Assembly: GCF_022842015.1 (NCBI RefSeq)
Contig: NZ_JALHQJ010000003.1
Span: 4,557 to 68,556 of the forward strand
From: Nitrosomonas sp.
GTDB lineage: Bacteria > Pseudomonadota > Gammaproteobacteria > Burkholderiales > Nitrosomonadaceae
Direction: 5' to 3'
Length of the DNA stretch: 64,000 nt
The stretch's first letter is position 1. Each line of letters begins with the position of its first letter. This document shows, in pieces, positions 47,351-57,840 of the stretch. The translations under genes were made by a program, and so were the position numbers. The notes below the pieces were generated by a model. The model worked only from the letters and a program-made list of their open reading frames with translations. It was not told the DNA's origin and ran no database searches.

Positions 47351-47596
47351 GATTTATTCTCCTTATAGAATAACCACCTTGTAAAATAGTGATATTTCTA
47401 ATTTAAAACTCAAGGCGGCATTCAGGTTCAAAATTAAGAATCCTTGTGCTTGCGAAGAACAACGCCAAACCCACTTCGGCGCAAATATAGTATGGTGAAT
47501 TCAAGCACCAACCGCAATAGTTATTATTTAGTAGTAAACTTGTGACTCCCCGTGGTCTCGCTACGAGGCTGTTTATTAATTTAAAGTTATGACTCC

Positions 47597-48286
47597 ATGA
47601 GCAACGTTGTTCTTGTTTTACTATGTAAGCGACCGGCTCTCGGCATAGGGAAACAAAGATTGGCTGCAAGTCTAGGTATGGAATTGGCGCAGCAGATTGC
47701 TGATGCTTTGTTGGCATGTGCGCTGGAAGACACGTGTAATTGGCCTGGTTCGGTGATCATTGCGCCCGCCAATCAAGAAGATATGGAATGGGCGCAAGCC
47801 TTGCCAGTGCCAACGAATTTTCCGGCAACCGCTTTGCCGCAGGTGGCAGGCAATTTGGGACAGCGGCTCAATGCGCTAGATCAGGCATTGCGTGCGCAAG
47901 GCATGGAACAATTGGTATTTATCGGCAGTGACGCACCGGGGTTGACCTCAGTTGATTACGAGGCGACCTGTGCTGCATTGCGATATCATGATGTTGTGTT
48001 AATTCCAGCCCTCGATGGTGGTGTCGTGCTTATGGCTAATCGATGTGCATGGCCGGACTTGGCTGCCTTGCCGTGGAGCAGCAATCGCTTAGGCCTCTCT
48101 TTGATGGATATTTGCCGCAATGCCGGACAATCCGTGATGACGATAAAACAAGGGTGTGATGTCGATGAGTTGAAAGATTTGTTAGCGTTGACTGGTTTGC
48201 TGCGACAGGATAAACGACCCGCGCGTCGTGCATTGCTGGAGCTTGTTGATAAGATCACTTCATCTACAAAAATACCTTATGGTTAA
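47597..48286 (+). CDS. DUF2064-type glycosyltransferase-like protein (arsenosugar-cluster associated)
   Basis: KRP..GKQRLA, GNLGQRL, IGSDAP, PALDGG, DVDE. Confidence 0.8.
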   Translation: MSNVVLVLLCKRPALGIGKQRLAASLGMELAQQIADALLACALEDTCNWPGSVIIAPANQEDMEWAQALPVPTNFPATALPQVAGNLGQRLNALDQALRAQGMEQLVFIGSDAPGLTSVDYEATCAALRYHDVVLIPALDGGVVLMANRCAWPDLAALPWSSNRLGLSLMDICRNAGQSVMTIKQGCDVDELKDLLALTGLLRQDKRPARRALLELVDKITSSTKIPYG

Positions 48287-48968
48287 GTGTAGTGTCATTA
48301 TCCCTTGCTATTATGATAATGAAAATTTAGCACGTTTAACGGAGCAGTTGCAGCAATTACCGAATAACCCGTGTGAAATCATTGTCGTTGATGCTGCCAA
48401 TAGCACCCGCTGCTTAGATATTTGTAAACAGTTCGGGGTACAGCGGTTGGTGAGTGAGCCTTGCCGTGGGCAGCAATTGCGTCAAGGCGCAATACAGGCC
48501 AAAGGCGACGTTTTGTGGTTTCTACACGCGGATGCGCAACTCTCCACCGATCCGGTGGCAGCGATATCAAGTGCGTTAGCACGAGGTGCAATTGGTGGTT
48601 ATTTTCGTTTCCGCTTTGCCAAGCCGCGTGCTTGGCAAGCTTTTATTTTGGAACCGGCGATAGCCCTGCGATGCCGTTTCGGTGTTCCCTATGGTGATCA
48701 AGGGATTTTTATCAAACGCTTAGTTTATCAACAAATAGGCGGGCATGCGCCGTGGCCGCTGTTTGAGGAAGTGCCTTTAGTGCAATCCGCTCGCCGTTGT
48801 GGTAAATTTTTAGCACTATCCGAACCTGTTTTTGTCGATACGCGTCGTTGGCGGCGTGATGGTTGGTGGCGGCGTACTTGGTATAATCGCAAATTGGCCT
48901 GGAATTTTATGCGTGGCGTTACGCCACAGGAACTCGCTGAAAAATACCATTCTAAAATTGGCTCGTAA
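48279..48968 (+). CDS. GT2 glycosyltransferase (arsenosugar-cluster associated)
   Basis: SVIIP, RGQQLRQGA, FLHAD, PYGDQGIF, FEEV; ATG at 48279 overlaps the upstream gene. Confidence 0.85.
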   Translation: MVKCSVIIPCYYDNENLARLTEQLQQLPNNPCEIIVVDAANSTRCLDICKQFGVQRLVSEPCRGQQLRQGAIQAKGDVLWFLHADAQLSTDPVAAISSALARGAIGGYFRFRFAKPRAWQAFILEPAIALRCRFGVPYGDQGIFIKRLVYQQIGGHAPWPLFEEVPLVQSARRCGKFLALSEPVFVDTRRWRRDGWWRRTWYNRKLAWNFMRGVTPQELAEKYHSKIGS

Positions 48969-49008
48969 ATGACATAATAATGCAAATCATCCTATGTGAA
49001 GGAATATC

Positions 49009-50055
49009 ATGCAAGAGATTGTGCAAAAATATTATGGTGAAACCCTTACGGGAACTCAGGATTTATTGACCGATGCGTGTTGCACAGACACAGGACTACC
49101 GCATTTTATCAAGCCGCTGCTGAGTCGAGTGCATGCGGAAGTGCGAGCACGTTATTACGGCTGCGGTTTGGTTTTGCCTGAATTACTGGAGGGACTAGCC
49201 ATTCTGGATCTAGGGTGCGGTGCGGGGAGAGATGTGTATGTGCTATCGCAATTAGTCGGGGAGAAAGGACAAATTATCGGCGTGGATATGACTGAGGAGC
49301 AACTGGCAGTTGCCCGTCAGCATGAAAAATACCACCAGCAAGCCTTCGGCTACAAACGCAGCAATGTGCGCTTTCTGCACGGCTATATCGAACGGTTGCA
49401 CGAGCTTGAATTGGCGGATGCCAGCGTGGATTTAATCGTATCGAATTGCGTCATTAATCTGGCGTCAGATAAGGCGGCGGTATTGCGTGAAGCTTTCCGT
49501 ACATTGAAACCTGGAGGGGAATTGTATTTCTCCGATGTCTACAGCGATCGGCGTATTCCAGCGGAATTGACGCATGATCCGGTACTGTATGGCGAATGCT
49601 TAAGCGGCGCGCTGTATTGGAATGACTTTTTGCAACTGGCGCGCAAGAATGGTTTTGCCGATCCGCGTTTGGTCGACGACCGGCCAATTGGCATTAACAA
49701 CTCTGAGTTATCCGACAAAACGGGGAATATTCGTTTTTATTCGGCAACTTATCGGCTGTTTAAATTGCACGACCTGGAGCTGGCTTGTGAGGATCATGGA
49801 CAATCGGTGGTATATCGAGGCACGATTCCTCATCATCCTCATGCATTTCGGTTGGATAAGCATCATTTTATTGAAGCTGGCAGGCAGTTTCCAGTGTGTG
49901 GGAATACCTGGCGTATGCTGCATGACACGCGATTCAGAGAGCACTTCGATTTTTATGGTAACTTTGGTCAGCATTTCGGCATTTTTCCCGGTTGTGGCAT
50001 GGGCATTCCGTTTGCAGATGCAACCACTGGCGGACAGACCAACGGATGCTGTTGA
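49009..50055 (+). CDS. ArsM/AS3MT-like SAM-dependent methyltransferase
   Basis: ACC, YYGCG, LDLGCGAGRD, SNCVINL, GECLSGA, terminal GCC. Confidence 0.8.
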   Translation: MQEIVQKYYGETLTGTQDLLTDACCTDTGLPHFIKPLLSRVHAEVRARYYGCGLVLPELLEGLAILDLGCGAGRDVYVLSQLVGEKGQIIGVDMTEEQLAVARQHEKYHQQAFGYKRSNVRFLHGYIERLHELELADASVDLIVSNCVINLASDKAAVLREAFRTLKPGGELYFSDVYSDRRIPAELTHDPVLYGECLSGALYWNDFLQLARKNGFADPRLVDDRPIGINNSELSDKTGNIRFYSATYRLFKLHDLELACEDHGQSVVYRGTIPHHPHAFRLDKHHFIEAGRQFPVCGNTWRMLHDTRFREHFDFYGNFGQHFGIFPGCGMGIPFADATTGGQTNGCC

Positions 50056-50057
50056 AC

Positions 50058-51008
50058 ATGAATGCCACTGTTTTACCAACATCTGAAAAGCCTCGTACTC
50101 GTCGCTCCAAATCATGGTATGTCACACACGACGACAAGCCGCATGGTTTTATCCGTTCGCATGCTTTGGAGGAATTATGGTTTCACACCGGCACCGCGTG
50201 TAATTTAGCTTGCCCCTTCTGTCTGGAAGGATCAAAACCTGGTGATGATCGTCTGCAACTGATGCGTTTCGATGATGCTAAACCATACATCGACGAAGCG
50301 ATGGTTCTGGGAGTTAAGCAATTTTCTTTTACCGGTGGGGAGCCTTTTGTTAATAAAGACATAGTGCATATTCTCGATTATGCATTGCAGCATCGTCCCT
50401 GCATGGTGCTGACTAACGCCACGGAACCACTGATCAAGCGTTTGTCGCAATTGGAGTCAGTGCGTGAACGTCCCCATGCTGTGCATTTCCGGGTTAGCCT
50501 AGATCATTTCCTGGCGGATGAGCATGATCGAGCCCGTGGTGAAGGGATGTTTTCGATGGCGCTGGATGGTTTATGTGCTTTGAATGAGTTGGGATTCAGT
50601 GTATCCGTGGCAAATCAGAAAATTGCTGATTTATCGGCAAGTAAAGTATCTAAGTGCTTCGCGGAGGTTTTTCGCGGCGCAGGTTTACCAGAAAATTTAC
50701 CGCGGATTGAGTTTCCTGAATTTTATCCGCCTAATAGTACCGTTCCTGCACCCCAGATTACACAAAGTTGTATGGTGGATTATCAAACCGAATCGACCCG
50801 GCGTGAATTCATGTGCGCTTTTAGCCGTATGGTGGTTAAGAATGCCGGTGAATGCAAGGTTTATGCGTGCACACTGGTCGATGACGATCCCGATTATGTA
50901 TTAGGGCGAACTCTAACTGAGAGTCTGCAAGAGCCGGTGAGTATGAAACACCATCGTTGTTACAGTTGTTTTCAGTTTGGTGCCTCGTGCAGCGAAATGA
51001 AGCGATAA
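50058..51008 (+). CDS. Radical SAM protein of ArsM-linked cluster
   Basis: LWFHTGTACNLACPFC, TGGEP, C-terminal CAFSRM..VYAC..CYSC. Confidence 0.85.
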   Translation: MNATVLPTSEKPRTRRSKSWYVTHDDKPHGFIRSHALEELWFHTGTACNLACPFCLEGSKPGDDRLQLMRFDDAKPYIDEAMVLGVKQFSFTGGEPFVNKDIVHILDYALQHRPCMVLTNATEPLIKRLSQLESVRERPHAVHFRVSLDHFLADEHDRARGEGMFSMALDGLCALNELGFSVSVANQKIADLSASKVSKCFAEVFRGAGLPENLPRIEFPEFYPPNSTVPAPQITQSCMVDYQTESTRREFMCAFSRMVVKNAGECKVYACTLVDDDPDYVLGRTLTESLQEPVSMKHHRCYSCFQFGASCSEMKR

Positions 51009-51300
51009 TGATCAAATATCATTGATTGTTTGGATTGTTTTTTAGTTTTGACCTGCAGTGTTTTCAATGCCGCAATGAGAATAACATCAAGTGCCTAGGA
51101 AATGAGTCAGTGGATATCAGAAGGTATCAATCATCATGGCGTTTGAGTGCGTTCAATATGGCAGTGCCTGAAAATGGCCTGGCATCATACTGATACAAAC
51201 TGATGACTAAAGATCAGCATATCCCACTGTAAGATTGACTCCAGCCAGAAACGAATCTGCCGACTATAATGAAGCTATTACAATCTAGAGGTGACAGACT

Positions 51301-53235
51301 ATGGCATACTCTACCAAAGAAACCAATAAAGTAAGTCATAATTCAGTGACAAAGAATGAACAACTACTAACGATAATCGAGCGCGTCACTTGTGCTCTCA
51401 GAACTTTGAGCGCCGGCAATCATACTTTATTGCATGCCTCAGACGAGCAAGAATTGCTGCATGACATGTGCCAAGTTATCGTGGAAAAGGGTGGTTATCG
51501 CATGGCTGGCGTCGCATATGCCGAACACAACAAAGAAAAGAGTCTTCACTGGATGGCAAGTATTGGAGTAGATAAAGAATTTGTGGAGGCGTCACAATAC
51601 ACTTGGGCCGACACAGAAATGGGACTCTCCGCTACAGCTACTGCGATTCGCACAGGCCAGCCCTGTGTGGGCAGGAGCATCCTCACTGATCCTGTCTACG
51701 CTGTCCCCGCTTATGCTCCCCTTCGCGAAAATGCAATCAAGGTCGGATATGCTACAGTTACCGCTTTTCCCTTGCGCGTTAATGAGCAAGTGCTTGGTGC
51801 CTTGGTTATGGGTGCGATCGAACCTGATGCGTTCGATGAAGAAGAAGTCAAATTACTCAGCGAATTGGCCGATGACCTGGCTTATGGCATCGCCAATCTG
51901 CGCATACGCATTGAGCATCAGACAGCCCAAGCTACCATTGCACGTCTGGCTTATTATGATTCCTTGACTGAATTACCCAACCGCACCTTCATGCTTGAGC
52001 GCTTGCAAGATGCCATTCAAACTGCAAAACGTAACCACCACCCTCTTGCTCTCTTGCATATGAGTATTGTCCGGCTACGTGGCGTCAATCAAATCCTGGG
52101 TTATGGTTCGGGAGATCAATTGCTGCAAAAACTGGCTCAGCGTCTGAAGCGCAGCCTGGAAACTGGTGATTTTCTGGCGCGAGTCGGAGAAGGCGAGTTT
52201 GCTTTGCTCTTGCCCAGCGGAGGATCTGATGATGCTATTCAAGCTGCACAGCGGCTGGCTAATGTCTTGCACGACTCCGTGGAAGTGGCGGGTCTAATGG
52301 TCGATCCGCGCGTCAGCATAGGCATTGCCCTCTATCCAGTTCACGCCATCGAAGCGGATATCTTGTTGCGGCGTGCCAATGCGGCTACAAATGATGTCTG
52401 TCCTGCTCGAGGCGGCTACGCCATATATACAGGAGGACAGGAACAAGAATGTACCCGACGTCTTTCCTTGATGGGGGATTTTCGTCAAGCGATTGAACGA
52501 AAAGAGTTATTGCTCTATTGCCAGCCCAAGGTCGACATTGTGTCGCGACGGGTGTGTGGAGCAGAGGCTTTGGTGCGCTGGCAGCACCCTGTGCACGGCA
52601 TGCTTGCAACCACGGAATTCATCAAGCTCGCTGAAAATGCCGGTTTAATTACTCCTCTAACGCATTGGATGCTCGACGCAGTTTTTAGTCAAAGCTATGC
52701 CTGGCACGAGATAGGGTTGGAGCAGGCCTTATCGGTAAATTTGTCCGCGCATGATTTGTATGATCCTATGCTCATTGACCGTATCAAAGGTTTGTTTTCC
52801 ACTTGGCATATTAGTCCGGAGCTGATTCAATTTGAATTGACCGAGAGCACCTTAATGGAAGAGCCATCAATCGCATTAGAGACATTAACCAAGCTCAAGA
52901 AACTCGGGACCCGATTATTCATTGACGACTTTGGCACGGGATATTCGAGCTTGAGTTATTTGCAAAAACTGCCTGTAGACTCAATCAAGATTGATCAGTC
53001 GTTTGTCATGCCCATGGAAGCAAATAATGATTCAGCTGTGATTGTGCATTCGACCATTGAACTTGGACATAATCTGGATTTGGAAGTGGTGGCGGAAGGA
53101 GTGGATAGCCAAGCTGTGTGGGATCTCCTGGCAACATTGGAATGCGATGTGGCGCAAGGTTATCTGATCAGCATGCCGATGCCAGCAGAGGAATTCAGCA
53201 ATTGGGAAAGCGAATGGGTGCGGGTGCCAGTGTAA
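51301..53235 (+). CDS. GAF-GGDEF-EAL protein, probable c-di-GMP phosphodiesterase
   Basis: GAF N-terminus; degenerate GEGEF; intact EAL, ELTES, DDFGTGYSS. Confidence 0.9.
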   Translation: MAYSTKETNKVSHNSVTKNEQLLTIIERVTCALRTLSAGNHTLLHASDEQELLHDMCQVIVEKGGYRMAGVAYAEHNKEKSLHWMASIGVDKEFVEASQYTWADTEMGLSATATAIRTGQPCVGRSILTDPVYAVPAYAPLRENAIKVGYATVTAFPLRVNEQVLGALVMGAIEPDAFDEEEVKLLSELADDLAYGIANLRIRIEHQTAQATIARLAYYDSLTELPNRTFMLERLQDAIQTAKRNHHPLALLHMSIVRLRGVNQILGYGSGDQLLQKLAQRLKRSLETGDFLARVGEGEFALLLPSGGSDDAIQAAQRLANVLHDSVEVAGLMVDPRVSIGIALYPVHAIEADILLRRANAATNDVCPARGGYAIYTGGQEQECTRRLSLMGDFRQAIERKELLLYCQPKVDIVSRRVCGAEALVRWQHPVHGMLATTEFIKLAENAGLITPLTHWMLDAVFSQSYAWHEIGLEQALSVNLSAHDLYDPMLIDRIKGLFSTWHISPELIQFELTESTLMEEPSIALETLTKLKKLGTRLFIDDFGTGYSSLSYLQKLPVDSIKIDQSFVMPMEANNDSAVIVHSTIELGHNLDLEVVAEGVDSQAVWDLLATLECDVAQGYLISMPMPAEEFSNWESEWVRVPV

Positions 53236-53461
53236 GGATACGGTGCATATTTGTCCATAAGGTATTGTCAAGTTGAGTAAATTTGGGCACGACTATTGAA
53301 TTACAGACTTTAAAGTCTGATGTTACTTTTTCCAAGACGCAAAGAACCTCTTATTGTATGATTTCAAATGGAAATCGATAGCACTTGCATAGCGTCGCTG
53401 ACTTCTTTATTGCTCTATTATCGCTCAGATACAGTTCACTTAGCAGCATTCTTGTTTCATA

Positions 53462-54055
53462 TCAATTTCTTGCAAATCTTATCCCAATGGTTGCATTGGT
53501 ATCCGATGCAGTCAATATGGCAGAAAAGTGATCGTCGATTTGAATCCACTGTCCACGTCCAAACCTAATATCGGTCGCAGTGAGAGGATCGCACGCTCTT
53601 GCATTTTGCAGTTCTTCTGCAATATCCATACAGACTAAATGATAAAGCTGTTGTGCCATGCCGATATCGGAATCAGGAATCGGTGCATCACGCGATGTGG
53701 GACTTTTGTTCCGCCCACCGCTCATGCCGCGATAATAGGTGATTTGACGAAAAGCTGGATTATCATCGATTTCCACACGAGAAATAGTACTCCGCCCTTT
53801 ATCCGCATATTCCTGTTTTGTATACAAAGACTCCTTGATCTGTATGTAATCCCGCGCTTGTAGAATATCCGCAATCATTTCTAGTGGTGTATTAATTGAA
53901 ATACCCTCGATTTCAACCGTTTTCAATGTTTGACTTTCCGAATTGCCCGCCCATCCATGCGATGCAGCAATACTTAGTAACCCGACAATCCAAAACAACA
54001 TGAACTTCCGAGTAAGACTACCCTGGCATAATTTTTTCCATTTCATATTGTTCAT
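53462..54055 (-). CDS. Exported hypothetical protein
   Basis: 197 aa with an N-terminal hydrophobic/signal segment. Confidence 0.6.
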   Translation of the reverse strand: MNNMKWKKLCQGSLTRKFMLFWIVGLLSIAASHGWAGNSESQTLKTVEIEGISINTPLEMIADILQARDYIQIKESLYTKQEYADKGRSTISRVEIDDNPAFRQITYYRGMSGGRNKSPTSRDAPIPDSDIGMAQQLYHLVCMDIAEELQNARACDPLTATDIRFGRGQWIQIDDHFSAILTASDTNATIGIRFARN

Positions 54056-54076
54056 CTCAATCTCCTTGTAAAAACT

Positions 54077-56098
54077 TTAATGCGCATGTTCACCGGGTGG
54101 CGGCATGATTTCATCTTCTTCATTAAGTTGCCTCAACTGCAGTGTCAGAGCATCGAAATTTTGCCAACCAAATCCTTCGAATTGACCCACCCATCGCGCG
54201 CGCAAGTAACCAAAACGATCGGTAATAAATTCCATGTGTCCAGGAAACATTCCTTTACCCGATAAATCGGGAACTGTTCTAACTCGGCGATAGAGCCAAT
54301 AACTGTCCTTGATCTCCGACCAACCCTCTATTACTACAGGGAAATTAGCAATTTCAGAAACCTGCTCTAACTCCGATTGACTCAGTGCACGAATTGGAAT
54401 CGCCAGAACCTCGGTATTTAGCGCCTTGATTCTGTCATATGCAGCAGCCAATTGAAAAAAGCGTTCTTTAGATTGAGGCCAGGAAAATAACACCAGCAAT
54501 ACATTCTTTTGCAAACGAAAATCTTTTAAATTGCCACTGGAACCATCATTCGCTGCATAATTAAATACCGGCGATGCGATGACAGGCATCTCAGGCAAAA
54601 TCATACTCCCCAACAAGCGTGCATCAAAACCACGCGACAGTGCATGAAGAAAATTGATCAAATCCCAGCGATCATCTTCAGACAAAGTCGCGGCATAACC
54701 CGGCATCTGAGTTCCCGGGATACCGTGCGATAACAGATGAAAAACGTTACCTACGGTATATTGTGCCGTATGTTGTTGCGTCAACAGATCAGTAGGATCG
54801 CGCACGTCGGGATCGGCGACGGGCTGAGTACCCTTGCCTTGCGGTCCATGACAGTTGATGCAGTTTTCTGCAAACAACCTGGAACCATTAACAATGGAGA
54901 TCGCATCAAAAGGGATTGTCGGTTTCAGATAAGTCTCAGGATAGGCTTCAATTGCCAAAGGCGGCAAAGCAATCGCCATCGAACTAATTCCCAGAAAACC
55001 AGGCACTAAAATCTTCGCCATCCGGTTCCAGTGATTCTTTTTACCCAGCCAGATAGTACTCAATGCGATGAGAAACAACACAATTCCGAACCACACCATT
55101 TCCTGCACATACGGCTCATCCCAAGTTGCATTGATCGAGAAACGGAACGGATAAGGCCAATTCTCAATCATCGTATGCTTGGCAGGCAGCGTATTGGCCA
55201 GAATGGTTGCAAGCAGTACCAGCAACACTGCTAAAAAGAACTCAATACCGACCCACTGCCTTAGATGTTTAGTACTGCGATCGTCCTGTTCAATACCATC
55301 CTCAGACAATCTAGGAAGCCACCGGTAACGTGCTTGATATGCAATCACCAAAATGACCACCAGAATACTTAACTTGGCGATTAATAACCAGCCGTAAGGA
55401 CTGGCAACCAGGGTATGATAAAAAGTTTCAACCAAGCGATCAGTCACAATCAAACCGGTCACCGCCAGCAGCAGCATGACAGGCGCTGCAACAACTGAGA
55501 ATTTTTTAAGATAACTTGCCGTCACCAAAACCATTCCTTTACCGGATTCACTATGGCTACTGTATAAAACAAGCAGAACAGCCGGTAATGCTCCAAACCA
55601 TGCGCCTGCCAGCAATATATGAACCGCATACGGAGCAATAGCTGCAAACGACATCTCGTCCGCGCTGGAATGACTCATTAGGGTACCCGCTATTAACGGA
55701 AGGGAAGCAGCAATAGCCCATAAAAGATAATGCCATTTTTCTCGCTTTGCACGTCGAAGAACAAGAATAGCCATCAATAGCATACTTGCCAGGGCCGCGC
55801 GAGCCACCCAAACATAACCAATCTGTGTTTTCTGTACGATTTCCAACCAAGCGAGTGGACTCCAGACGTTAGCAACGACTCCCGTTGCTTCACCGGTCGT
55901 GATAGCCAGAATGCCAATCAATCCAAGCAAAACAATACCCGCCATCCATGGAAAACACCTTTCCAACCGGGTGACCCAAGCAGCTTCAAATAATGTTTTC
56001 TGCTGACCAATAATAAACAGAAAAACACAACTTCCAAATAAAGTTAAATTGGCAGTCAACTGCGACCACCGAGCAAATGCAGCAATGATTTCAATCAT
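54077..56098 (-). CDS. CopD-family membrane protein fused to cytochrome c and a C-terminal redoxin-like domain
   Basis: CopD-like TM helices with HILLAGAWFG, CINCH heme motif, GTQMPG, LKDFR..VLLV. Confidence 0.8.
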   Translation of the reverse strand: MIEIIAAFARWSQLTANLTLFGSCVFLFIIGQQKTLFEAAWVTRLERCFPWMAGIVLLGLIGILAITTGEATGVVANVWSPLAWLEIVQKTQIGYVWVARAALASMLLMAILVLRRAKREKWHYLLWAIAASLPLIAGTLMSHSSADEMSFAAIAPYAVHILLAGAWFGALPAVLLVLYSSHSESGKGMVLVTASYLKKFSVVAAPVMLLLAVTGLIVTDRLVETFYHTLVASPYGWLLIAKLSILVVILVIAYQARYRWLPRLSEDGIEQDDRSTKHLRQWVGIEFFLAVLLVLLATILANTLPAKHTMIENWPYPFRFSINATWDEPYVQEMVWFGIVLFLIALSTIWLGKKNHWNRMAKILVPGFLGISSMAIALPPLAIEAYPETYLKPTIPFDAISIVNGSRLFAENCINCHGPQGKGTQPVADPDVRDPTDLLTQQHTAQYTVGNVFHLLSHGIPGTQMPGYAATLSEDDRWDLINFLHALSRGFDARLLGSMILPEMPVIASPVFNYAANDGSSGNLKDFRLQKNVLLVLFSWPQSKERFFQLAAAYDRIKALNTEVLAIPIRALSQSELEQVSEIANFPVVIEGWSEIKDSYWLYRRVRTVPDLSGKGMFPGHMEFITDRFGYLRARWVGQFEGFGWQNFDALTLQLRQLNEEDEIMPPPGEHAH

Positions 56099-56250
56099 GT
56101 TCTTACGATAAAGCCATTTCTATTATTGTGATAATACCCGCGAAATAGATTGCAATAGATAACAATTCGATCAGCAGGCAATTCTGGATTTTCTGGGTTC
56201 AGATTAAATTATAAAAACATTCTACCTTGAGTTGAGAGATATTCAAGCCT

Positions 56251-56675
56251 ACTGATGCGCAGGGTATCAAGCATACCTGCACCTGGGATGCTTTAAACCG
56301 ACACCGACCAAACACACCCACGTCACAGTAAGCGGTGTACCCGGTGTGGCTGCGCTCATTTGGTGTTATGACACCGAGACTAACGGCATTGGGCGCCTAA
56401 CCAGCATAAGCGATGAATCCGACAGAGCAAGCTTTAGCTATGATTAAATGACGTATCCCTCCGGCACAATAGTAGCTGCCACTTATGGTGCCGATGGCTG
56501 CCCGATAGAGATTCGCGTCAACGACGATCTGCTAATGAGTAACATCACATATCACCCGTTTGGAGAACCGAAAAGCCGGATGTGGAGTAACAATCATGCA
56601 CATAACCGCAGCTTTGACTATGATGCAGGAAATCGCTTAAACAACCAGTCAAACAATATCATCTTCAAACTCTGA
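56251..56675 (+). pseudogene. RHS/YD-repeat remnant
   Basis: Fragments TDAQG..WDALNR, YD..GIGRLTSISD, TYPSG..YGADG, ITYHPFG, YDAGNRL, broken by stops and frameshifts. Confidence 0.7.
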
Positions 56676-56849
56676 GCGGGTGCTGCGTTTGATATTGCAT
56701 CACAGCAATTCGGAAATGGCGGTAATTTGCAATGTATTGATAAAGGAAATTAAGCAACTTGCTATGTCCATCCAGAGACTGTGCAATCTGTAGTTCTTGA
56801 TAAGAGTTCATTCATGTTACTGGTTCCCAATTTAAATATTGAGGTCACT

Positions 56850-57048
56850 ATGAATGTTGCTATTTATGTTCGATTGCTAAATGAAGGATTAGACGTTTTT
56901 CGACTTGTATCTGCATACTCGAGTTGCTCCAAATATTTTTGTTCTTGGTAATGCGGACTTTTATGATTCTATAGATGAAGAATGGGAGTTTCAAGCAGGA
57001 TCAAATATTTCAAGGTCAGGAGCTGACTTGAGTTTAAAAAACTCGTGA
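56850..57048 (+). pseudogene. Frameshifted small hypothetical gene next to the RHS remnant
   Basis: GAGG then MNVAIYVRLLNEGLDVFR; continues FVLG..YDSIDEEWEFQAG after a frameshift in the T5 run at 56936-56940. Confidence 0.45.
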
Positions 57049-57143
57049 AAATTAGTTTGTTACAAAAAACCAAGGAAAGATACTCCAGCCAAGCCGGAGT
57101 ATTTTGACATTTTGACTGGAGCAAATAGTCAAAATATTGTGAA

Positions 57144-57428
57144 TTAGCAATAACCAGGAAATTCATTTAGATTATCGTCCTGAGATAGACTGTAATTCAT
57201 AGCAATAATCAGGTAAATGATATAAACCCCCGCCCCAAGAGCGATATCTGAACTAATCCAGAAAATTAGCGTGCTTGGAGGATAAAACATGGATAGCATA
57301 CCAAAAATAGTTCCAATGACAAATAGTGTCAAAATTGTAAAAATTTTATTTGTTTTCATAAGTATCTCCAATATAAATAAATAAAAAATTCTATGCCTTA
57401 ATGCTTTACTTATGACGACATACTTCAC
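57144..57428 (-). CDS. Small membrane hypothetical protein
   Basis: Two hydrophobic helices; start uncertain. Confidence 0.4.
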   Translation of the reverse strand: MKYVVISKALRHRIFYLFILEILMKTNKIFTILTLFVIGTIFGMLSMFYPPSTLIFWISSDIALGAGVYIIYLIIAMNYSLSQDDNLNEFPGYC

Positions 57429-57840
57429 AAAATATTTACATTTTATTCACATTAATTTCACACCACTAACGCCGCGCAATTGACAAACCCGTGGCAAGAC
57501 CACAGGGCATGCAAAGATCAACTTATTGTTTTTGCTTGATAATTATAAATTCACCTTGAACCACCGCAACATTTAAATGCTTTTTCTCAATAAACTTGGC
57601 GAATCAGCAGAAAAGACTACAAATAAACTGCTCCCAATACAAAAATTGAAGAATAACTATCTCTTACTTGAAAAAGTAGTGATAGAATTCCGACGTCAAG
57701 TCAATTAACCCTGCTCTAAACATGACATATTGGTTACGTGGCTTTGGCGAGATTTGCCCTTTCCTCGCATTTCTTTGAATATGGCAAGTATGAAATAGAA
57801 ATTATGATCAACTGACCAATTACTACAAAGGATATATAAA

